64,000 nt of DNA from Spirogloea muscicola. Its lineage: Eukaryota. A model generated the notes under the pieces. It was given only the letters and a program-made list of their open reading frames with translations, did not search any database and was not told the origin of the DNA. Positions 50,230 through 61,779 of the stretch are shown piece by piece (within the stretch, counting starts at the first letter, position 1; every line of letters starts with the position of its first letter). Made by a program: the position numbers and the translations under genes. Location of the stretch: assembly GCA_009602725.1 (NCBI GenBank), contig WELB01000003.1:1345710-1409709 (forward strand), written 5' to 3'.

Positions 50230-52600
50230 CTCCTCAGTATAGCTTGTCAGATATGCATGTGCTCACTCGGGGATATTAGTGTCCCCCTTAGCCAGCTCAT
50301 TACCCAGTTAAAATGACATTTGTAAGGCTAGAATTGGCCTCCCATTCATTTTCATGCGCACCGCGCGCCTTCTTCCTTCTTGTAGGCTGGCTCCGGCCAC
50401 GTTATCTGTCGGTAAGAACCTCACCTTTATCTCCGTCGGTAAGCACCTCACCACTATCTCGGCGGTAAGCGAACATAACGCCGGCTGTCAAATGAGTAGC
50501 CAACAAGGCTGAAAGAAGCATCTCTTCCAAAGTAAGGCAATGGCTGTGAGAAGGAAGCTCTACCAAGGGGGGCAGAAGGCGCACGGTGTGCATGGGAAGA
50601 AAAGGATGGCGAGAAAATACACTGTTCCGGCAAAAGCTAGTGCAAAATGTGGGGCTACATAAAAGGCAGCCCTATGCAGAGGTGGCTAAGGTACAGGGTC
50701 ACTTCAGTACCAATGAATGAGCACACACAGCTCCTCAATGGGCGAGCCCTTTCTGACAGGCTTAAAGCATGGAGACGGAGCATCGCCACGGAAGCTAGTG
50801 GCCTGACTTAGAGCGCGCCCAGAGGCTGATGAGTAGCCAGAGTTGGGAGCGCAGCAAAGTAAGCGAGAGCATTCTGTAACATGCAATGCCTCCGGAATGC
50901 TAGTGTGCCCCAAGCTGCCCGACCAACTGGATGACGTGCGTTAACAGCCGGGCCAGATGCTGGTTGAGGGAAGACCATATCTTACCGTAGCAACCGTAAG
51001 GGGGGCGAGGACTGTGAAAGCCAGCCCAAGAGAATGGACAAGGTCTGTAAGGAGAGACCAGCTGCCAATAAGCAGTTCCCTTGACAATTTTAGCTGCCAG
51101 AGGCGGCAGCCGGTATGTGAGAGGCCAGCTCAAGAGAGAAACAGCTCTTCCAAAGTATGGCAATGGTTGTGAGAAGAAAGACTCTTTCAGTAGATGGCAA
51201 TGGCTGCAAGATAGAAGTGCCCGCCCATAGAGAAGAGGGGCTGGCAAAGCCAGCCCAAAAACAATGGACAATGTCCAAAGCCAAAGAAAGAGGTGCCGAA
51301 AAAGGACTACTCTACCAAACACGACAACATCCTAGGGAAGCAAGAGGCCAGCCCAAAGGAATGAACAAGGTCTGAAGAAGCGGATGGTGCAAAAACATGA
51401 AACTTCTGTGTGTGACATCTGCGAATGGATGCTCAATAACCTCTAGTCAGTAAGTCAGTTCAAAAAAATAGGTCGGAAAAGCGTCGATCTGTTGGAACCT
51501 GTTGGCAGCATCCAAGGCAGAGAGGAGTAAGCTCTTCCAATGGGGGCGAGGGCTGATGGGAACATCAAACGCGGGGCTGGACAGGGCTGGGCTGAAGCGC
51601 AGCTACATTTGAACGGAAGAATTTGGCTTCCGCATAGGGGGTGAGGGCTGTGAACAGCCCTTCGGACCTTGTCCTTTCTTGTCAGGCTGGCATCGTACAG
51701 CCCTTGCCCCTTTGCTTACTTCTGTGAACAGCCAGCCCGAAACGAGTTGACGAAGTCCGAAGGGGCCAAAAAGCGCTGAAATACAACTAACGGAAAACAG
51801 CTCTTCCAAATTGACAGCAATGGCTGTGAGAAGAAGAGCCCATAGACAATAGGGCTGGGAAAGGCCAGCCCAGAAGAAAAGAAAGAACAAAGTGCAGAGG
51901 GGCCAGGGGAAGGGCTAAAGCTAGCACATATGGAATCAAGCAGCTAAGAAACACTCAGTAACCCCTGCTGTGAGAGGCCAGCCCCAAAGGAATGGCAAGA
52001 TCGGAAAGACAAAACTACACACCGAGACACCAAGATCGGAAAGGGCCGGATGGAGCAAGAAGCAGGTTACTAGTCCCCAAGACGTCAGCAAGTGGGCTCT
52101 CCATGACCTCTGGTCAGTAAGTGCAAGTCAGAATAAGTAGAGGGCGGAAAAGTGTCACAAGACAAGCAACTACTAAGCAAGGGAAAGCGCGGCCAGATTG
52201 ACTGGTGGCTGGGAAAGGAAAGTGCTCGCCCATAGAAATGGGGGCCAGCAAAGCCAGCCCAGAAGGAATGGACAATGTCGAAAGCCAAAAAAACACACAG
52301 CTAGGCAGCTAGACAAGAAAACACGGCAAAAACACAGGAAGCTCAATACCCACGGGTGAGCACCATCAGGTCGGAGTAGCTCGAAGCAGGAAAAGATGCA
52401 TTCAGACGCCAGGGAAAGGCCAGCCCGAGGGAATGGACAAGGTCTGAAGGAACCGGGCAAGGACCATGTTGGATAATTTGGTGACGAGAGAGAAGGCGCG
52501 CGGGGCGCATGAATTGAAAGGGAGGCCAATTCAAGCCAATACATTGTTCAGGCAGAGTCGAGTGCAGACTAAACAATGCTACATAATACGGAGACCTAAC
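50230..52600. repeat. Large mosaic block of the modular dispersed repeat family, both orientations
   Basis: Recurrent ctcttccaa...ggcaatggctgtgagaag, agccagccc.aaa..aatggacaa, gtgctcgcccat, gtgctcacccgtgggta and aattcaagccaatacattgttcaggcagagtcg modules shared with the other blocks. Confidence 0.85.
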
Positions 52601-52638
52601 GAGACGAGAGATGTTGTTTGGTGTTTGTGTGGGGTTGT

Positions 52639-52800
52639 GCGGAGGCCCGCCCGGGAGAGTTCTGGGGGAGAAGTAGCCCCCGGCGTCAGCTCCCGGGCCA
52701 GCCTGTCGCCCGCCCAAAAATCAAGTGCGCCCCGCGCGGGGGCGCTGCAGCCGGCATCGACCGGCCGCGTTGTTTTTCCTTACTCATTAGTTTAAGGCAA
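52639..52800 (-). ncRNA. U12: U12 minor spliceosomal snRNA
   Basis: The minus strand begins TGCCTTAAACTAATGAGTAAGGAAAA (conserved U12 5' end with the branch-point pairing GTAAGGA). It continues with stem GCGGCCGG/CCGGCTGC, stem GCGCCC/GGGCGC, Sm site GATTTTTG (52722-52715), and a long 3' stem GCCCGGGAG/CTCCCGGGC capped by GGGG-CTACTTCT-CCCC (CUACUU loop). Confidence 0.95.
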
Positions 52801-52823
52801 AGGTATAACGTAAAGCCGCCGTC

Positions 52824-52875
52824 TTTATATAGCACCGCCAGCGTTGCGCCGCCTCCACCTGCGGCCACATGGGAT
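52824..52875 (-). promoter_or_regulatory. snRNA promoter of U12: USE-like element plus TATA box with Pol II-type spacing
   Basis: TATATAAA at 52831-52824 (about -31 to -24) and ATCCCATGTGG at 52875-52865, resembling the plant USE RTCCCACATCG. The two are 33 bp apart. Confidence 0.8.
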
Positions 52876-53293
52876 AATTGACGAACCTCGACGGACGGGC
52901 TCCACTCCGGCAGGCAGCAGCTCACATCCAAGGTTGATTCTAGGCGTTCGGCCCCGGAAGCCGTGGTCCAGTGAGGATCCAAAGTATAGCAAGATTTGCC
53001 GCCGCTTGTAAAGGAGCCACGGTGTGGTGGATTGGGTCGCTCTTTGGAGCGTCGCCTGCCCCACTGGAGGGGGTCATAGTCTTTCCTCTGCGTCGGAGCG
53101 AGCCTGCGCCAGCAACGGCGGCCGTCGGCGTCCGGCCAGGCGGCGGCGCCTTGCTGCCTCCGGCGGTCCCGTTGCCAGCTTCCCGACGCACGACGCCAGC
53201 GGCTAAACGGGCGTTGTGGCAGCTATCGACGAGGCGCGAGAGACTCCTCTGTGGACGGCCGAGTCCGCAAAACCGGACTTCGAGCGACTCGCT

Positions 53294-54733
53294 ATGAAGG
53301 CCCTTGTAGCCGTGAAGCGGGTAATCGACTATGCCGCCAAAATCCGCGTAAAGGCAGACAAGGTGAAGTCCTCAGGCTCTCCTACCAATGACATCATTGT
53401 GCAATTCCAGCCCAGCTTGCTGGAATTGCTGCAACCTCTAAAATGGCCGGCATAGGAACGTGAAAGCTGGCTTCGTGTGACCCTAATTGACTTAGGTTTA
53501 TGAGTTCTGAGAGGCAAGTCGTTCATCGCTGACCAAAAGCGAGTTCACACTAACATATTGTGCAGACTGGCGTGGAGACTTCCAATGTGAAAATGTCGAT
53601 GAACCCATTTTGCGAGATTGCTGTTGAGGAAGCGCTTCGGCTGAAGGAAGCTGGGTCAGTGGACGAGGTGGTGGCTATCAGCATGGGTCCTCAACAGTGT
53701 CAAGACACACTGCGGACGGCGCTGGCCATGGGGGCTGACAGAGGGATCCATGTCAGGCATGAAGCAGCTCTAGAACCACTGTCGGTGGCCAAGCTGTTGC
53801 AGTCTATTGCAAAGAGGGAGGAACCAGGCATTATGATTCTAGGGAAACAGGTAGAGCAGAGATTGTAGGCTGTCTGAACACAGCTGCATGTGATCACAAC
53901 ATCAAGCAGCTTGCAATCCGAGTAGTATTTGCTCTTCTAGAGTAATTTCTCGTTAATATGTAGGTACCAGCTCTGTATCTGGTCCCTTGTCAAAAGGCTA
54001 ATGAAGTCATTGTGGCAACTCACGCTTCATCAGGCTATAGACGACGACTGCAACCAGACGGGGCAGATGGCTGCTGCACTGCTTCAATGGCCACAGGGAA
54101 CTTTCGCCTCAAAGGTAGTCCAGTCAACTGCATCTGAAAGAACCACAGTGATTGGCAGGTCAGTGTTATTGCTGCCTGCAGTGTAATTTCGAAGGTCAGT
54201 CATGTCCTTGGCTTACTTGTGCTTGAGGTGGCCATACTTAGACCCCATTACAGCGGGTTTGGCTGTATTAATGACAGGTACTCCTGGATAAAGAGGCAGG
54301 TATTGTTGAGGTGACGCGAGAAATAGATGGCGGCTTGGAGACTGTGAGGCTTAAACTTCCAGCAATTGTCACGTAAGACACATACCCTCCACAGAGAGAA
54401 AGCGTAATGACAAAAGTGCTGTTAGCTAGTTGAACAAAGTGATAATCGAGGGGAAGGCTGTAGCTAGTCTCTTGCATTCCTCAGCTTCAATCGTGGTGTG
54501 AGTACAGGACTGATCTACGATTGAACGAGCCTCGGTATGCAAGTTTGCCCAACATCATGAAGGCCAAGAAGAAGCCCATCGAGACAATATCGCCGAAGGA
54601 GCTTGGTGTGGACGTGACGCCTCAGCTACAGGTGTTGCAGGTGGAAGAACCCCCAAAGAGACAGGGGGGCAAGTTGGTGGCGTCTGTAGATGAGTTGATA
54701 GACAAGCTGAAGAATGAGGCTCATGTCCTTTGA
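53294..54733 (+). CDS. ETFB: Electron transfer flavoprotein beta subunit (mitochondrial), 5 exons
   Basis: [80 protein letters not shown] and [22 protein letters not shown]. Exons about 53294-53362, 53566-53850, 54034-54114, 54279-54372 and 54508-54733. Confidence 0.97.
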
Positions 54734-55445
54734 ACTTCCCCGCTAAAACTTGTACTGAGTCAAGACATACTACCAGCCGTAAGCCTGATGGTACTCTGTA
54801 TTTCCATCTGGGAGCACCTGATGGGTACTGGCTTTGCAGCCTATGATGGGGCTGCTATTTTCTAACTGCCAAAAGCTCTCAAAAACTCATGTATTTCATT
54901 CATCTCCTTGGACAGCCTATACTGGACACTCTGATCTCAGGGGCACACCCTGTCACACCCGTGACTTCTGCAACTCTCGTTTTGACCTTGCTACTCCAGC
55001 ATGAGGTGACAGCAAAACGTCTAACTGTCTCCTTGCTTGCCATCACATGTACCTCGCTGCAACAGAATTGTTCTATTCACAGCTACAATTAATACACTAC
55101 ACAGTTAGACGGTCCAGTAAATACTGGACCGTCTACCTGACTATAACGAGCACTGATTGAGTTGCTCATCATATGGGCACTTTTCTTTGCACCCAGTAAT
55201 CTTGCTAACGTGAATAGCCCTAGGAAAGCTGTCAAGCTGGATCAAGTGGACGCTCAACCCTCAACCTCAGCCTTGGCAAAGCTATACTCTACGCTTCAGC
55301 TACTTCCGCTATTCTGCTTCTCACATACTGGATCGTCTACCAGAATGTCACGAGCATTTATTGAGTTGCTCATCATATGGGCACTAATATTGCACTTTCA
55401 GTAATCTTGCTAACGTAAAAGTCCTGGGAAACCTGTGAAGCTGGG

Positions 55446-57404
55446 TCAAGTGGACGCCGATGACTTCTCACAAAGGATGTCAATGATCTCTCCAATTCCG
55501 AGGTTGGTGAGCCGGAGGGCCTCTCTGCGGGCGACCGCCACCTTTACAAAGGGCCAGTCAAGCTGGGACGCAGCGAGCTCCTCGTGCTTGCCGTCGCCAA
55601 TGGCACAGAACCGTGTCAGATGCCCGCCAAATCGCTCCTCAACGAGCTTGAAGCAGGCCAACTTTGTCGCTGGCCTGGAGCTGTACACTGCTCGCCAGGT
55701 CATAGCACATCATTCAGCTCCGAATTAGTGCCTGTCAACTCTTACGGTGCCATCAATGCTGTGGCGACTGCCACTGGACGCTGAATGGCCAAGCATGCTT
55801 GTATGCAGAGCAATGAAGCCCTGATTGGTGAAGGTGGCTCTAGTTGAGGAGACCGGGAGTAAGTGCTGAATTTAGGAACGAACAGTTGCCGATGTCGAGC
55901 AGGTTGCTGAGGCGGAAGAGGAGACACTTCACAACGGTTGGTACAAGTAGGGCCGACGTAACGAGCACGTTGATATTCTCGTCCTCGGCCTGCAGGGGCC
56001 GGACCTCTTCTTCCACTCCAGCATCCATGGCAGCATTCGGTTGGCCTCCCTCTCCATCCCCATCCTCCCTTCTGTGTTGCTGCTGCCTCAAGCATGGAGC
56101 GTCTGTGGCGTTTGCGCAGGCTCGCAGCAACTGTTGGCCTGAAATCACTCAATAGACGGCACCCCTTCAGGATAAGGGTTCCACTCCTAGCGCAATCTCT
56201 TGTGGCGCTTGCCCATGAGGAGAGCAGGAGCTCATCATTCCGACAGCTTGGAGCAACTGTGACATGCCAAGAGATGCATGCTCCTCATGCATCCTTAGAA
56301 GCTGCTCGAGACAGTCCCATTATAATGCAAGTTGGTCTTCAATGAGTGACCCAACGATACCAGCAGACAGCCACCCGTCAGTGAACTCATTAGTCTCTTT
56401 GTATACGCCCTCCCACTCCTCCAGCTGTGCCGCACTCAGAGCGGGTGCGAGTCCCTGCAAGTACCAAGGCGTCCTCGTTAGGGATATCAGGCGTCTTGAG
56501 TCAGCACGCCTGACGGTTAAGATGCAAAATCAGGGCTCGTGACTTGCTGACATGACAAGCATGCCAACCTGCGTGTACAGTTCCTCAATCTGTCTGTAGT
56601 GCTCGAGTAGGCGGGCATGGCACTGGCCCTCGCGCTGGCTCTTATGATCCCCCTCAGCTGACGCCATGCCATTCTGCAGGTGCAAGAAGCACAGGCCTTG
56701 ATGGTCTTCCATCTGCAACGCCGCAGTAAGTCCCAATCTTAGCTATGGTTGCAATAGGCTCAATCTTCTTACAAACTTGCAGTGACTACATGCACCAGTA
56801 ACCACATACTCAATCACGAAGCTTTACCAGAGTTACAGATGGGACTTCGTTACCTGTAACACTTGTGCATGATCGAGCACTCCCTAGCCACTGGAAAGCA
56901 ACTCAGTCTAAGCTGAACAGCAGCCTGCACCTCGTGGAAGGCCTGGACGCGCTCGAGCACGCCGAAGATGAGGCGCTGCCATCGGCGGCCAAGCTCCGCC
57001 GCGGCGTCCGCCGGCTTGCCGTACTTGGCCGCCAGCTTGCCGTCCAGCAGCGACTTGTAGACGATCAGCGTCTCGTCCATGTCCCACACGAAGACGGCCC
57101 TTGGTCCGCCACCGCCTTCGTTCGAGTGACGGCCATGCCACCGACGAGGCGCCTTGGTGGGTCGCGGCGGGCCTGGCTCCACCTCCGCTCCTCCCTCCTC
57201 CTCCTCCCCCCTCCCTCCTCTGCCCTCGGCCTTCCTCTCCCTCTTCCCCAGTGTGCCGTCGGCCCCGTCGGCGCCGGATCCAGGCCGCGCATGCTCCTCG
57301 TCGTCAAGCGCATTGGGGACCTCGCTCGCCGTCGCGCCGCCGGCGGCGTCGCAGCCGCCGCCAGGGCCGGCCTCCGCGGACGGCGCAGGCCGCAATGCAG
57401 CCAT
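55446..57404 (-). CDS. EYA: Eyes absent (EYA) family HAD phosphatase, paralogue 1; about 5 exons
   Basis: VFVWDMDETLIVYKSLLDG, Y..I.ELY, TNEFTDGWLS, NVLVTSALLVPTVVKCLLFRL and VYSS...KLACFKLVEERF...FCAIGDGKHEELAASQLDWPFVKV. The start ATG at 57404 is tentative. Confidence 0.92.
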
Positions 57405-57995
57405 GACGCTGCGCAGCCTCGGCCAGGAGAGGGGAGCGTGCTCGCGTCTTCCTGCGCTCACAGAGGCCTGGCCGGGCTCGCGACCCGGCTGCCTCCGCCG
57501 CCGCCGCCGCCACCGCCCCCGGCGCCGGCCGCGGGCGGCGCTTTGTCCACTTGGTGGCGCCCGGTGCTGCCACGTGGCGGGCCGCATGGGGAGGGGGGAG
57601 GTGGGGCTTAACTTTTGCGGGCGGCTGCCGCGACGTCGCCTCGCCTCCCCCACCGCAACGCACCTGGCCGCTCGGTCAGAGTCAGCAGTCGCAGGCTTGG
57701 CCTTCGACGCGGCAGCGGCGGCGGCTCTGGCGGCGGCGGTGGCGGCGGCGGCGGCGGGGGGAGGAGCCGTCGCGGTGTCGTGCGGGGTTCCGTCTGGCCT
57801 TCGCTGGGCGAAGCCCCCTCCACGCGCGCCCTCGAGGCGGTCTCGCGGGCTGGGGGGCCCCTGCCCCTGCGCCGCGCTCCCATGCTCGAGCAGCGGGTGC
57901 GCGGACCGGCGGGGCGCTCGGCCCCCACCCCCCCTCCTCCCCATCCCCCACCCTCTTTCCCTCTCCCTCTTCCCCCACCCCTACCCTCCTCGCTG

Positions 57996-58116
57996 ATACA
58001 GTACAACACTGCAATACAATACAACACATTACAATACCATACGGTACAAGACATCACATTACAGTACAATACAACACAACACAATTACGATACGATACAA
58101 TACAATACAATACAAT
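57996..58116. repeat. Degenerate pentanucleotide repeat (TACAA)n
   Basis: tacagtacaacactgcaatacaatacaac...tacgatacgatacaatacaatacaatacaata. Confidence 0.92.
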
Positions 58117-58150
58117 ATTGCGGTAGTGCAGCCACAAGTGCCGTGCTGAN

Positions 58151-58243
<93 letters not shown>
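58151..58243. repeat. (CT)n microsatellite
   Basis: Read directly. Confidence 0.98.
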
Positions 58244-58245
<2 letters not shown>

Positions 58246-59385
58246 GCTCTCGCTCTCCCTCTCTCTCTCCCCATCCAACCTGCCCTCAATCTTTCGTAGT
58301 GAATTTGTGCTCTTATCTCCTCCATTGTCGTTACCTCCTCACCCGTCCCCAACAGTGTCCTTCTTCTACCCCTTCTCCTTCCCTCTCACTAACCCCCCTC
58401 CTCCACTGTTCCCCTTGCCTGGTCCTCATTATCAGCCACATCCCCCTTCCTCCCACTTGCCCTGCTTTCACAATGTGACACCCCAACTCTGTCCGTCCGC
58501 ACAGGCAGTCTTCTTCATTGCCGCATCCTTCCCACGTGCCTTAACCAGATTGACTGACAGCCAGCTCGTACTTCAGCCCCTCCTTGCTGATCACAAGATT
58601 GCGACAGTGCAGCCACAACGTTGTGCCGCACTGCCAGGCGTGCCAGTCTGTCCAGGGGCTGAATTTCACACTATATCTGATTTCCTTTCCCCCTCCCTTG
58701 TATTTCTTACCTCCCTCCTTGCTCCACCTCAATCTGCTTGCTGCAGGGTAACAACAAGAAGCTCAAGGTAGCAGGCGGCAGCAGCGAGGCGGCTGCCCCC
58801 TTCCCAACTGCTGGCGACAACGGGGTCACTGTGAGACTGCGCCGCCTCTTGAGCCCTGCAACAATTCTACGCTTGCCCAATGTTTCCCAGCCAGCTATAT
58901 TAGCTTCTTGCCAGCAGCACCAACTTGGCAAGTTGTGGCCACATTGGCAGTCTTCCACAGGACTTGCCGCAACTTGCCGCGAGCATCATTGCATGCTCAC
59001 TCGGTTGTCAGTTGCTGCTGTCAGGCTGATATTAATGAGCTGGCAATGCAGGACACGCTGAGGAGCTGTGCACCTTCAGACCGCATCAGTGGCCGTCCGC
59101 AACCATCGGAGGGCGGCTATGCAAGCGGCTCTCCTCTCACCCAAAGGGGAAGTCTGTGTCCGCCTGGCTCTGCAGCCTTGGTGAGAGCCGCGTCGAGCAG
59201 CCGCAGACGCCAGCTGCTGGCATCCTGCGCACAAGTGCAGCAATAGTTGGCATTGGCCTCGCATCTGAGGAGTGCTTAGAACTGCATCAGGAGGATGCAG
59301 TCCTGATCTTTGAGACCGGACCTGAAATTTGAGATCAGACGCTGGCGGCTAGGCGGAGACCAGTCCAATTGAGGAGGGACGGGCA

Positions 59386-61450
59386 ATGGGCGGCAACAAC
59401 TGCGGCAACAGCGGGCCAGGGCCAGTCACCGTGCAGCAGGGCACGGGCAGTGTCATGGAACATGGAGATGGGACGCCGCGCCGGCAGCGCAGCGGCGGTC
59501 ATCTGCCCGAGCCCGAGGCCGGCGGCGAGCGGGACCGTGGGAAGCCCACGCAGCAGGTGTCGGCAGCCGGCACCGGGGACAGCAAGGAGGAGCCTTCAGG
59601 TGCTGTGTTTGTGTGGGACCTTGACGAGACGCTCATCGTCTTCCAATCGCTGCTCTCTGGCGATTTCGCCGCAGCCGTCGGCAAGGACCCCAACGCCGGC
59701 AGGGCGCTCGGCAGCCGCTGGGAGGAGCTCATCCTGGACTTCTGCGACGACCAGTTCTTCTTCAAGGAGGTTGCATGACCACACCCACGACACAATCGTT
59801 CATTGTTAGCTATCCATCTGTGTATAGGTGCACAGCTGCTGTTATATTTATGCCAATGCTCCGTCGTGCAACTGCTGAGCTGCTCCACTCAAGAAGTCCT
59901 CGTCAACACAGGCAGAGGTTGAGGCTCTCTGCGTCAGTTGTTCAAGTCACAGAGTCAGCGCTTGCCACAACTTGCCAGCTCCGGGCACCCATGCCCAATT
60001 CTTTGTGCAGATGGAGGACGTTGACCAGGTGAGCATCAACGAGGTCGCGGCAGCCGACGACCTCGCTGACCTCGGTGGCTACGACTTTGGCTGTGACAAC
60101 ATGGCGCAGCCGACAGACGAGCCAAGCCAGCGCAAGCTCGCATACCGCTATCGCGCCATACAGGAGCTCTACTCCAAGGTCTGCACCTGTGCGACAGTAC
60201 AAGTCAAACCCTTGATAACATCTTCTCAATCTGAAAAGCTTTGCAGCTTCTGCTTTGCGAGTTGTAATCCACTGTGCTATCTGCATAGTGCACGCTTCTA
60301 AGTAGACTGTGAGATCTGCAGGGCGCGGAGGGCATTCTGGGCCCAAAGGCGGACCTTTGGGCTGCGCTGTACGATGAAACAGATGCTTATGTCGATGGCT
60401 GGCTGTCAGCAGGTGAGCGCGCCCGGCAAGAGCTTAATGACTAAGTGCCTGTAAGGCAACCGAAGACAATCTGCTCTTAGAGTCAGTTCATAGGTTGGTC
60501 AGGACTTTGACTGCAATGCTTAGGTAGTGCTTGATGCTGGGGGCAATGACCAGGACATCACCATACTGCAGGCTCTGATTGTGATGCCAATGGTTAGTCA
60601 ACATAAGGAGCAGTCTTGGGGCCTTGAACCACTTCATCTCCTACAGATTTTGACTATGGTCATGCTTCCATTGTCGATTTGGTGTGTTGGCTTCCTTCAC
60701 CATTGGACGCAGGCAGAAAGGTATTGAAGGAGTGTGAAGGGCCCACTGCGAGGCTAAAAGATGGGATTGCTGATGCTGGATCAGAGGCGCCCATGCCAGA
60801 CAGCGGAGCCATTGGCGCTGTGGCGCGAACCAACACCAACGTGCTGGTGTCGTCTGGGCAGCTCGTGCCGACACTTGCCAAGTGCCTGCTCTTCAAGCTC
60901 CACAAGCTAATCAATCCACTCAATGGTTGGTACTCTGCTGATATTTACCTCATGGAGTCTTGATAACGCCACAAGCTGCATCTGCAGTTTGTGAAGGCTA
61001 CATCCATAAGCACAACCTGCCTTTGCATGATGTCACTCTCTACTTCTCAGTAGCTTGACCACTTAGCGAAAACCTGAGATCTACTCAGCTTGAACCCTTA
61101 CTCAAACCTAGCGTCTTTCTCTTTTACCCTTGGGAAAGCTCGTTCCTGCAGCAGCTTGTGTCCGCATGATCCTGCTACAGTGGTATGACGGCCTGGTGCC
61201 ACCTGCATATGCGTGCGGCGCAGCATACAGCTCGCGAGATGTGCGGAAGATTGAGTGCTTCCAGAGCATCCAGGAGCGCTGGCCTGGCGTTCCGTGCTGT
61301 GCAATTGGGGATGGCCTGGATGAGGAAGCTGGCGCTGCGGTTCTCAATTGGCCATTTGTGAAGGTTGCGCATGCAACCAAGGACGGGTGCTTCCGCATCC
61401 AGGACCTCACTTTGGCAAAGATTGAGAAGGTCATGCGCGAGATGTCGTAG
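59386..61450 (+). CDS. EYA: Eyes absent (EYA) family HAD phosphatase, paralogue 2; the true start may lie upstream
   Basis: VFVWDLDETLIVFQSLLSG...DDQFFFKE, DDLADLGGYDF...RKLAYRYRAIQELY, LYDETDAYVDGWLS, NVLVSSGQLVPTLAKCLLFKL and YSSRDVRKIECFQSIQERW...CAIGDGLDEE..A..LNWPFVKV. Exons about 59386-59769, 60011-60177, 60322-60412, 60712-60925 and 61225-61450. Confidence 0.94.
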
Positions 61451-61779
61451 TAACGCGCTAGGGCAACTTTTTGGGTGCACAATAATGCGCACACCTGTTA
61501 CCTCTTCTTGAAATTTTCCCATTTGCTGCTTAACTCTTACTGCTAGCGCTCCTTGAGCCCATCACCTTATTTTTCAAAGCTTTGACATTATGATGTCCTT
61601 TGTACTGCCTGCACCCGAGTAGCTCTTGGCTGCAGTTCCTTACATCTAAATTTCTTCTCCTCTGAGCTGGTCTTATGGCTCAAGCAAGTGGATCTCAGTG
61701 AGAGAGCTACTTGCCAGTGAAACCGCTGCCAGCACCCCAGCTCTTTGACTTGTCATTCCCAGCGATTGCTGCCGGTGCC

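Noticed and set aside
50230..52600. CRISPR-like appearance of short recurring motifs
   Set aside because: The repeats are degenerate, irregularly spaced and in both orientations, with no cas genes and a eukaryotic context.
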